Assembly (NCBI GenBank): GCA_000830295.1
Contig: CP010425.1
Span: forward strand, 160,001-224,000
Source of the DNA: an archaeon GW2011_AR15
GTDB lineage: Archaea; Nanobdellota; Nanobdellia; Woesearchaeales; GW2011-AR15
Direction of reading: 5' to 3'
DNA length: 64,000 bases
The notes beneath the pieces were generated by a model that was given only the letters and a program-made list of their open reading frames with translations, was not told the DNA's origin and ran no database searches. This document shows, piece after piece, positions 8,645 through 16,188 of this stretch; the stretch's first letter is position 1, and every line of letters begins with the position of its first letter. The position numbers and the translations under genes are program-made.

Positions 8645-8838
8645 GAGACCCTGTGATCTTATCTATCTTGTCTTCGTCATCAGGCCCAATCCTTTTAGGC
8701 GCTCAACTTTGTTTCGCTAAAAGCATTGATGGAAAACTTGTGCGACATGCGCCATAAAAATGGATTAGTCACACTTAATTACATTAATTTTAATTCAGAA
8801 GTGATTCCATCTATCTTGTCTTCGTCATCTGGGCCTAT
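8631..8838 (-). repeat. Duplicated 3' end of pth2 (60-nt imperfect direct repeat flanking an 88-nt spacer)
   Basis: 8631-8690 encodes IGPDDEDKIDKITGSLKLI*, 8779-8838 encodes IGPDDEDKIDGITSELKLM*; identical 21-nt core at 8661-8681 and 8809-8829. Confidence 0.9.
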
Positions 8839-9123
8839 TGCCATGCATGTTTCTGTTCCCGGAGCAATCACTGTTCTGCCTGCATCAGTAATGAGAGCTG
8901 TTGTAAGCCCTGCGTCCTTTGCCAGCTGATTGTATTTATAGAGCTCATTCCTGTCAGCGACTTTAAGGGCAATCTTGCCCTGGCCATTGTTTCTCCATTC
9001 CTTTACTTTCTCTTTGTCAGACCTTAGGGTAGCTTCTACAGAAGCATGGGCTGCCTGGGCTGCCATTTTTCCTTTCGGCAGTTTCAGGTCTGCCCTTATA
9101 AGAATTACCTGTTTTAATGCCAT
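8779..9123 (-). CDS. pth2: Peptidyl-tRNA hydrolase Pth2
   Basis: KQVILIRADLKLPKGKMAAQAAHA, DAGRT, IGP. Confidence 0.96.
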   Translation of the reverse strand: MALKQVILIRADLKLPKGKMAAQAAHASVEATLRSDKEKVKEWRNNGQGKIALKVADRNELYKYNQLAKDAGLTTALITDAGRTVIAPGTETCMAIGPDDEDKIDGITSELKLM

Positions 9124-9155
9124 ATTCGATTAAATAGTCAACTAGTTTAAAATAT

Positions 9156-9656
9156 TTATGGGGTTTTATATAAATAGGCAATGCTGACAGTTGTCCCTGT
9201 AGGCGGCTTTGTTGAAGAGTCAATTCTTGCCAATATGTCATTCTTATTTAATGTCCTGAACATCCATCCATTATAATTATAATGTGCATATCTCTGCTCT
9301 TTGCCTTCCTGGAAGGCTTTTATTATAGGCTCCGGCTCAAAGCCTTTGCCCTCATCAATAATCTGAACAAGATAACCTTTTTGTCCGAAAACATGCCTGA
9401 CTTTTACCTCACGCCCCTGTTCGCTGTCATATGCCCTATGATAGGTGTTGTCCAGAGCATGCTGCAACGGGCTTACTATTTCCATAATATCTGCTATCCC
9501 TTCTATTTTTGACAGCATTGGCTCAACAACGCGACCAGTATACTGCCTTACCCATAAGTTGCAATCATCTGTACTTGTAAGCACATGTTCCTCAGAACTT
9601 ATTTCCGGGCCAATCATTTCCAATAGTTCATCCAATGATGCAGATGTAAATGCCAT
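9156..9656 (-). CDS. HATPase_c-like (RsbW-type) domain protein
   Basis: ALDN..H (N-box-like), IIDEGKGF (G1), GTTV (G3). Confidence 0.55.
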   Translation of the reverse strand: MAFTSASLDELLEMIGPEISSEEHVLTSTDDCNLWVRQYTGRVVEPMLSKIEGIADIMEIVSPLQHALDNTYHRAYDSEQGREVKVRHVFGQKGYLVQIIDEGKGFEPEPIIKAFQEGKEQRYAHYNYNGWMFRTLNKNDILARIDSSTKPPTGTTVSIAYLYKTP

Positions 9657-9763
9657 AGAGAGTAAGACACAGGCATACTTTATAAATGTTTCTATTTTTA
9701 CTACTATTTAGTGCTAACTTTTATTTGATTAAATTATTAAAACATAATGAGTTCCTTTTTCAG

Positions 9764-10423
9764 ATGGAAAAAGTAGAAACTGGTGATGGCTCACCGACTT
9801 TCTATAGTGAGAAATATGGCGAAACATATCATTCCAAATCTGGAGCCCTGGAGGAAACTTTTGGGAAATTTATACGGCCATGCAGAATAAAAGAACTGGC
9901 TAAGACAGGGAGAGTCAGGATTTTTGATATCTGCTTCGGCCTTGGCTATAATGCGATTGCAGCAATTGATGCTGCTCTTGAAGAGAATGAGAATTGCGAA
10001 ATATACCTTGTTTCTCTTGAAAAAGAGCTAATTCTGGACAGGCTAAAAGAACTCAACCCCTGCTTAACTCATTACCATATTATCGAAAAACTGCAGTTTG
10101 ACCCTATCAATAACAGCTACACTTACGAGGAGAAAAATATCTATCTCAGAATAAAAATAGGCAATGCCAAAGAAACAATAAAAACATTAAAAGGCAGTTT
10201 TGATGCTGTCTTCCTTGACCCGTTCTCTCCAAAGAAGAATCCTGAGCTTTGGACAGAGGAATTTTTCAGGGAAATTTTCAGGAGGATGAATAAGGGGAGC
10301 ATACTATCTACTTATTCCTGCGCAAGAATTGTCAGGGATAATTTAAGAAGTGCCGGCTTTGAAGTTTCCGACGGACCGTCTATCGGAAGAAGGGCACCCT
10401 CAACAATAGCCAAAAAGTTATAA
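9764..10423 (+). CDS. MnmC/MnmD-type tRNA U34 methyltransferase domain protein
   Basis: TGDGS.T.YSEKYGETYHS..GA..E, DICFGLGYN, VFLDPFSPKKNPELWT. Confidence 0.9.
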   Translation: MEKVETGDGSPTFYSEKYGETYHSKSGALEETFGKFIRPCRIKELAKTGRVRIFDICFGLGYNAIAAIDAALEENENCEIYLVSLEKELILDRLKELNPCLTHYHIIEKLQFDPINNSYTYEEKNIYLRIKIGNAKETIKTLKGSFDAVFLDPFSPKKNPELWTEEFFREIFRRMNKGSILSTYSCARIVRDNLRSAGFEVSDGPSIGRRAPSTIAKKL

Positions 10424-10449
10424 ACAAAACATAACTTCCTTTTCTTTAA

Positions 10450-10587
10450 GTCCCTGTAGTGTAGCCTGGATAGCACATAAGATTGCGGACAACCGTTTCG
10501 TCAGTTGGCGCCGTAACGGGTACCCTCTAAAGAGGGTACGCATTGTGTAAAAATCTTGTAGCCGGGGTTCAAATCCTCGCAGGGACG
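10450..10587 (+). tRNA. tRNA-Arg(GCG) with 64-nt intron at 37/38 (10489-10552)
   Basis: Acceptor GTCCCTG/CAGGGAC, anticodon stem TAAGA/TCTTG, GCG at 10485-10487, GGTTCAAATCC T-arm, relaxed bulge-helix-bulge (TTGC/GTAA). Confidence 0.9.
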
Positions 10588-10646
10588 TGAACATAGTGAA
10601 CATCCCTAGAGGAGCATGAGCGCAAGTGAGTTCTCCTCGCAGGGAC
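10574..10646 (+). repeat. 13-bp direct repeat of tRNA-Arg 3' end (att-like scar)
   Basis: TCCTCGCAGGGAC at 10574-10586 and 10634-10646. Confidence 0.85.
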
Positions 10647-10684
10647 ATTTTTCTAAGAAAGGTCGAATTCGTTCTTTTCTGATT

Positions 10685-11485
10685 CTAATCCTTTCTCACT
10701 GCTGCATCTATTGATTCCATTCCTATTGCAGCAACGACCTTCTCATAATAATTCAGGGCCCTGAAACTGCTGCCGAACCCACCCAGGGTAGGGTCCGCAA
10801 GATGCCAGCCATTGTCATAGAATGTTGCAAAAGCATGGCCGCGACCATGTGTTGGACGTCTTTTCTGGTTCTGATATTTTAAAATGAGATTATCCCCATA
10901 AACTTCTCCGCTTAATTCCCTTGCCGAAATTCCTGAAGCAATGCAAAGATCTTTGAACAGCTCGGCTCTGCAGACGCATTTTCTTGCCTTGTTTGATTTA
11001 ATAACCTGTGCTGGTGTCATGGGTTTTGCAGGACCGACCAGTTTTTCACCTGTGGAGGGGATTCCAAAAACATAATCGTATATCCTGCGCGCATTCTCAT
11101 AAGGAGAATCATCTTTGTCTACAAGAGACGTTGATTTGTCTCTTACACTCTTTCCTATGTGCCCATCCTCTCCCAAATCTTCAGGGCCATAATCTCCTGA
11201 TAGGCTAAAGCGGATGCTTGCATAGAAATCTGAAGACGGGAAAGGATTGAAGACATATCCTTTCCTGAAGGAATCTGCATCCAAAACAGAAAAGCCAGAG
11301 CCTTCAGCTGATAGTATCTCAAGCTCCAGCGGAGAAGATTTCTCAAGAGATATCTCCACTTCTCTCCTTTTTCTTTTTGAGCCTGTTGCTTTTGCATGAA
11401 TATCAAGGATCCAATCTTTTTCTGAATACAAAGGCAGGAAAACCCATGTTCCATATTCTTTATTCACAAAGACAAGTTGCTGCAT
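10685..11485 (-). CDS. Transglutaminase-like domain protein
   Basis: ARRIYDYV, KCVCRAELFKDLC...GI.AR, HAF, GWHLADPT; start chosen from TATA spacing. Confidence 0.8.
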   Translation of the reverse strand: MQQLVFVNKEYGTWVFLPLYSEKDWILDIHAKATGSKRKRREVEISLEKSSPLELEILSAEGSGFSVLDADSFRKGYVFNPFPSSDFYASIRFSLSGDYGPEDLGEDGHIGKSVRDKSTSLVDKDDSPYENARRIYDYVFGIPSTGEKLVGPAKPMTPAQVIKSNKARKCVCRAELFKDLCIASGISARELSGEVYGDNLILKYQNQKRRPTHGRGHAFATFYDNGWHLADPTLGGFGSSFRALNYYEKVVAAIGMESIDAAVRKD

Positions 11486-11588
11486 AAGAAGGGCTATTTG
11501 CATTCTTATATAAAAATGTTCTAATCCGCAAAGGAAAGTTAAAAAAATTATCATAAATCTTAAATACCTTCATTAATTATCAATTTCT

Positions 11589-12032
11589 ATGGCAAAGACA
11601 ATTAAGGAAACGTGCGGGTTCCTGAAAGAGAGAAAAGAAGAAATAACTTTCCTTGAAGGTGCTGAAAGATACCAGTACATTCTGCAGATTGCAGATAACT
11701 ATGAGAGGAGCAATCCTTTTCCGCCTGAACTAAAAATTTCCGGCAACAAAGTCCCCGGCTGTGTTTCAGAGGCCTATGTTGCATCAGAATTCAAAGATGG
11801 AAAAATGTATTATAAGTGCATATCAGACGCAAGGACAGTATTTGGCTATATGGCTATGCTTGCAGAGGCCCTGAGCGGCCTTCCCCCCGGAGAGATAGTA
11901 GATAACTCAAAACCATGCATTGATGATTTTGTAAAGGGCACTAATGTGCTTGGCTCCCTGAGCCCTAACAGGGCAAATGCCTTCGGCAATGTATACAGGA
12001 TGATGGTCGAGAGGGCAAGGCAGCATCTCTGA
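11589..12032 (+). CDS. sufE: SufE-like Fe-S sulfur acceptor
   Basis: ERYQYI, KVPGCVSEAY, SDA..V.G, LSPNRANAF. Confidence 0.88.
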   Translation: MAKTIKETCGFLKERKEEITFLEGAERYQYILQIADNYERSNPFPPELKISGNKVPGCVSEAYVASEFKDGKMYYKCISDARTVFGYMAMLAEALSGLPPGEIVDNSKPCIDDFVKGTNVLGSLSPNRANAFGNVYRMMVERARQHL

Positions 12033-12073
12033 TTCCGTTTAGCTTTAAATATAACTTCTCAGTTCCCCAGTAA

Positions 12074-12871
12074 ATGGTATTTAATGACTATAAACATCTA
12101 TTTTATGATCTGGAAATGCCACAGATAGATGAGCTAACCTCTTTCAGTCTTATCCCTTTTACTCTTGAAAGACAGGTTACTATGCAGAATGGCGGTCTTG
12201 ATCTCAGCTCAAAACCGAAGCTGAAGAGGCTTAGCGAAAAGAAGCTTAAGCATTATAGGGAACTCGTACCCGGGTTCGATATAAGAGACTTGGAAGATTT
12301 TTCAGAATTGGGGCTATTCAGGGGATACAAAAAAATTAAAGAACCATGCTCAATGCTGCTGGGAGACATGCCGGAGCTGATGTCAAAAATAGGAGAGATA
12401 TACCAGATAGCATATGCACATTATGTGGTTGCAGCAAATGAAAAGAGCGGGTTCCCGAATTTCTGGTGCGGAGACTCGGGAAGAAATATTGCCGCTTCAT
12501 CCTGGGTTATGGGCTTTCTCAATGCCGCTTATGTCCTTGATGATCCGGACGATCATGGATACAATGCGTTCCCCTTTACTATAAAAGAGCCCCACACAGA
12601 AGGGGTAGTGATTGTCGATCCTACTTCTGATCAGCTGTGGGAAAGCAGAGTCGGCCCAAGAAACATGATTCTTGTAATCTCTGGAAAAGAATGGGTATAT
12701 AAAACTTCCAGGAGCTTTGGGAAGGATCTTTTTCCAACCCATGCTTTCCACATAGGTTCTTTGTTGCATGCTGATTATTTCAGACACGAAACAGAATATA
12801 TGGCTCCAATTATGGAATATTTTGCAGAAGCATTTAGAAACCCTGTGGATATGGATAAACTAAAGGACTAA
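12074..12871 (+). CDS. Hypothetical protein, possible papain/transglutaminase-like Cys-His-Asp triad
   Basis: WCG, DHGY, IVDPT in the expected order. Confidence 0.5.
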   Translation: MVFNDYKHLFYDLEMPQIDELTSFSLIPFTLERQVTMQNGGLDLSSKPKLKRLSEKKLKHYRELVPGFDIRDLEDFSELGLFRGYKKIKEPCSMLLGDMPELMSKIGEIYQIAYAHYVVAANEKSGFPNFWCGDSGRNIAASSWVMGFLNAAYVLDDPDDHGYNAFPFTIKEPHTEGVVIVDPTSDQLWESRVGPRNMILVISGKEWVYKTSRSFGKDLFPTHAFHIGSLLHADYFRHETEYMAPIMEYFAEAFRNPVDMDKLKD

Positions 12872-12908
12872 CTAATATCACAATGTTTAATAATCTTCTT
12901 AAAATTTA

Positions 12909-13793
12909 ATGCCTGAAATGGGAGACATAAAAGGCTACGCCTATGTTCTTATAGCAGTTTTCATGATTGCCATGTCAGCCAACGGCATAGATTACGTGCT
13001 TCAGGGAAATAATGTCGAGACTTCAAGCTTCCTCTGGAACCTTTCTGCCCTTATTGGCGCCTCCCTCATAGTTGTGTTCTCAAAAGAAAGGGCCAATCTT
13101 ATTCCGACTCTTAAAAAATACTGGAAGGTCCTTGCTATTGTAGGAATATTCCAGGGAATTGCGATGCTCGGCTGGTTTTTCTCAATCCAGGCAATAGGGC
13201 CTGAGATAAGTTCATTCCTGGGAAGAATCGGGACACTTGTACTGGTTATCTTAAGTGTGGTTTTCCTCAATGAAAAATTCAATTTTGGAGAAGCTTTTGG
13301 TGCAGCACTTGTGCTTCTCGGCGTATACATCATAACCTTTTCCCCGATTGAATTTCTTGGCTGGAGAGTAATATACATTGTCATAGGCGGTTCCTTTTAT
13401 GCAGTTGCACAGCTCCTGATAAAGAAGAATATAAAAGACATCACCCCGCTTATATTCACGTTCACAAGCTCAGTAATGATTTTCCTGACAATCCTTGGGT
13501 ATGCTTTGGCCTCGGGCAATCTTCATGCCCCTAATCTTGACAGCCTTCCTGTACTGGCAGCAATCCCTGTACTGAGCGAGGTTGTTGCTGTTATTCTGGT
13601 AACCTCTTCATACAATTATATCGGTGCAGGCAAGTCGCAGGTGATACGGTCTGCTTTTCCTTTTGTTGTTGTTATATACTCTTATGTCTTATACAGAACC
13701 GTGCTGCTGGCTCACCAGTTTTTCAGCGGCACTCTAATCATAGCCGGCGCTGTCCTCCTCATACTTTCCAGGAGAAACTCTGTTAAGCAGTGA
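12909..13793 (+). CDS. EamA/DMT family transporter
   Basis: About 10 TM, two repeats, LSVVFLNEKF motif. Confidence 0.88.
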   Translation: MPEMGDIKGYAYVLIAVFMIAMSANGIDYVLQGNNVETSSFLWNLSALIGASLIVVFSKERANLIPTLKKYWKVLAIVGIFQGIAMLGWFFSIQAIGPEISSFLGRIGTLVLVILSVVFLNEKFNFGEAFGAALVLLGVYIITFSPIEFLGWRVIYIVIGGSFYAVAQLLIKKNIKDITPLIFTFTSSVMIFLTILGYALASGNLHAPNLDSLPVLAAIPVLSEVVAVILVTSSYNYIGAGKSQVIRSAFPFVVVIYSYVLYRTVLLAHQFFSGTLIIAGAVLLILSRRNSVKQ

Positions 13794-14114
13794 GCAAAAG
13801 TCATCATCAGTCAGGGGCCCGTTCCATTTGAGCCCCTGCTTTTTCAGGTAATTGTGCACAACCTCATAATTTGAGGGATTTTCCGGGTCTGTTGTGGGAT
13901 AATTGCTTAGGTAAGGATAAGAGAATAGAATCCTCCCGTTTTTTGGATGTATAAGAAAGAGTATTGCATCATGCTCAAAATCTTCATATAATGAATAGGT
14001 AAGAATATCTATCCTTTCCAATCTGTTTGCCAGCCTGATTTCCTTGAGATGCTCCTTTATTTCATTTTCCAGAGTTTCTATCTCTCCAGACTCCCTGTTT
14101 TTTACAGCTTTCAT
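13734..14114 (-). CDS. Hypothetical protein
   Basis: 126-aa ORF with TATA box upstream; converges on eamA. Confidence 0.55.
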   Translation of the reverse strand: MKAVKNRESGEIETLENEIKEHLKEIRLANRLERIDILTYSLYEDFEHDAILFLIHPKNGRILFSYPYLSNYPTTDPENPSNYEVVHNYLKKQGLKWNGPLTDDDFCSLLNRVSPGKYEEDSAGYD

Positions 14115-14254
14115 CGGGTATGAGCTAATTATATGTTATATTTAAGCGATATGGAAACCAGCAGAGGGTATAAATGCAAAATATAGTTGGCAGGCTATAC
14201 ATTTTTGGATTTGGCAAACTATATAAACTAGTGGGGTATCTGATAAATATAAAA

Positions 14255-14533
14255 ATGGGGAAAACAGATATTGTAAATGTGCTGTTCAGGAAGAAGCCCG
14301 CAAACATGCTTCTTGAGATGAGGAGAAATTCAAAAAAAGAGATTTATGCTTCCAACCTCGCAAAATCTGTCGACTGCACTTATTCCCACATTGTTAAGTT
14401 GCTCCAGCAGATGCAGAAAGCCGGCTTAGTCAATTTTGACAAGCAGGGTCGCTTAAAACTGCTTAGCTTGACAAAAAAAGGCGAGGAAGTTGCTGCCAAC
14501 ATAGAGAAGATAATGAGTTCTCTCAAGGAATAA
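14255..14533 (+). CDS. Winged-helix (MarR-like) DNA-binding protein
   Basis: YASNLAKSVDCTYSHIVKLLQ.M.KAGLV...KQGR...LT.KG. Confidence 0.88.
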   Translation: MGKTDIVNVLFRKKPANMLLEMRRNSKKEIYASNLAKSVDCTYSHIVKLLQQMQKAGLVNFDKQGRLKLLSLTKKGEEVAANIEKIMSSLKE

Positions 14534-14571
14534 TTTTTCTGATTTTAAAAAAATAAATAAAAAATAAATGC

Positions 14572-15024
14572 TTACTCTATAAGCAGACGTACCCTGCTTG
14601 AATCATATTTCCATTCTTCCGGAAGCCTGCCTGATTCTTTGTAGTATTTGACAAGCCTTCTTATCTTTGATTCTGTAAGCTGTAATCCTCTTTTGGCTGT
14701 CATGTCCTTCTTGTTCTCTTCCAGATGCTTCTGGAGGGAGATGACTCTCTTCAAAAGCTGCGCAAGGTTTTCAGGAAGCTTGGGAAGAAGCTCCTTTTCC
14801 TTCAGTATTGCTGAAACTGATTTTTTTGTTATGGATTTTATATCCGGAATCCCGTATGTATCCCTGAGTATAATCCCTGCTTCTGACGCTGATTTTCCCT
14901 CTTTAGCCAGCTTCAGGACCAAAAGCTCAATCTCCTTCGGCTTGTAGCTCATCCATGTGTATGTCTTGTTTACAGGCTTTTTTGAGCCTGACTTTCCTTT
15001 CTTTCTTGAGTGCATTCTTGCCAT
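14572..15024 (-). CDS. rps15: 30S ribosomal protein uS15 (archaeal S15P/S13e)
   Basis: MARMHSRKKGKSGSKKP, KRGLQLTESKIRRLVKYYK. Confidence 0.98.
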   Translation of the reverse strand: MARMHSRKKGKSGSKKPVNKTYTWMSYKPKEIELLVLKLAKEGKSASEAGIILRDTYGIPDIKSITKKSVSAILKEKELLPKLPENLAQLLKRVISLQKHLEENKKDMTAKRGLQLTESKIRRLVKYYKESGRLPEEWKYDSSRVRLLIE

Positions 15025-15029
15025 TTTAG

Positions 15030-15095
15030 TTAATCCCCGGAGAAATAGTCTTTGCTAGTCTCCAGCATAAATCCGCTTTCACAGGATTTATCTTT
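15030..15095 (-). promoter_or_regulatory. Structured 5' leader of rps15
   Basis: Two adjacent hairpins: ATAAATCC..GAAA..GGATTTAT and CTGGAGA...TCTCCGG, the latter abutting the GGGGA RBS. Confidence 0.45.
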
Positions 15096-15168
15096 TGTTA
15101 TGGACATGGAGTTTTACATGATTTAAAAAGGTTTCGGAGACAAACCTAAAATTCCAAAAGACCCTGAT

Positions 15169-15768
15169 TTAGTATAGACAGCGATTATCAAATATTCTCT
15201 CCTGTTTTATTTTATTCTCAGATGCATATCTTACTGCATCTTCTTTATTCTCTGCTATGAGGCAGTTTAATGAATGTATATACCTTATTGAATAAATAGA
15301 TTCAGAACAGATTTTCTTCTCCAGCAGCTCCTCCCCGCATACCAGAAGAGATAGAATTCTCTCAGCGGTTTTTCTGCCATCATATTTTAAGCTCATTTCT
15401 TCCCCAAATACTACTTCAGACTTCTCTTCCCAGTCTTCTTTCATGTATGCCAGTTCTCCTCTTCTTTGCGGAGAGTCTGGATAGACAAAGGGGTGTTTAT
15501 AAGCTCTATTAAGCAGTCTGGGTATCTCGACAGGCACTATTTCTACATCATCATTGCTGACATTAACTGCAAACTCAGCCCCAAGATATGCTTCTTCGAA
15601 AGCATAATATTTATCATGCAGATTTATTATATAAGGAGGGATATTTAGGGATATCAGGATTTTTTGTTTTCCTGTTGCCTTGTAAGCGAGGCGGTCTTTG
15701 TATTCGGTTTTTGCCATATGTGAACTAAAAAACTCTTCTATGGCTTCAGTTATCTCCATGCTGGCCAT
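15169..15768 (-). CDS. Hypothetical protein
   Basis: 199-aa ORF with TATA box upstream. Confidence 0.65.
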   Translation of the reverse strand: MASMEITEAIEEFFSSHMAKTEYKDRLAYKATGKQKILISLNIPPYIINLHDKYYAFEEAYLGAEFAVNVSNDDVEIVPVEIPRLLNRAYKHPFVYPDSPQRRGELAYMKEDWEEKSEVVFGEEMSLKYDGRKTAERILSLLVCGEELLEKKICSESIYSIRYIHSLNCLIAENKEDAVRYASENKIKQERIFDNRCLY

Positions 15769-15879
15769 AAAAATAGTTTGATAAATAGTTTTTTATACCT
15801 TCTTTCTATATTTCCGTAATATTTTCGATATGATCCAGAAATAGATTCTCCGGATTATGTGCTGTTGATGAAAGAATAG

Positions 15880-16128
15880 TCATGAGAAAACAGCTACTGT
15901 GACACCGGAGCCGCCTTCATTCGGCCTGCCTGAACGGGCTTTTCTTACAAAAGTGGTTGCCCTCAGCAGATCCCTTACAGTATCCCTAAGTATGCCCTGG
16001 CCTTTGCCATGGATAATATGGACTTCAGGGAAGCCCATGTCATAGAAAGCGAGCAGATTAGCCCTTATTGTACGGACAGCCTCTTCTCTTGTCATACCGT
16101 GAACATCTATTACAGGCCTTTGCGTCAT
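15880..16128 (-). CDS. Stand-alone Smr domain protein
   Basis: IDVHGMTREEA, IIHGKGQGILR, GGSGVT. Confidence 0.92.
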   Translation of the reverse strand: MTQRPVIDVHGMTREEAVRTIRANLLAFYDMGFPEVHIIHGKGQGILRDTVRDLLRATTFVRKARSGRPNEGGSGVTVAVFS

Positions 16129-16188
16129 GCTAATCCATCTTGGAATAAACTGATAATGTTTATAAATGTGGCTGGTGTTACCTTACCT

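Noticed and set aside
8631-8838. Possible DGR template/variable repeat pair
   Set aside because: Mismatches are not confined to adenines in either copy and are mostly synonymous; no reverse transcriptase in the window
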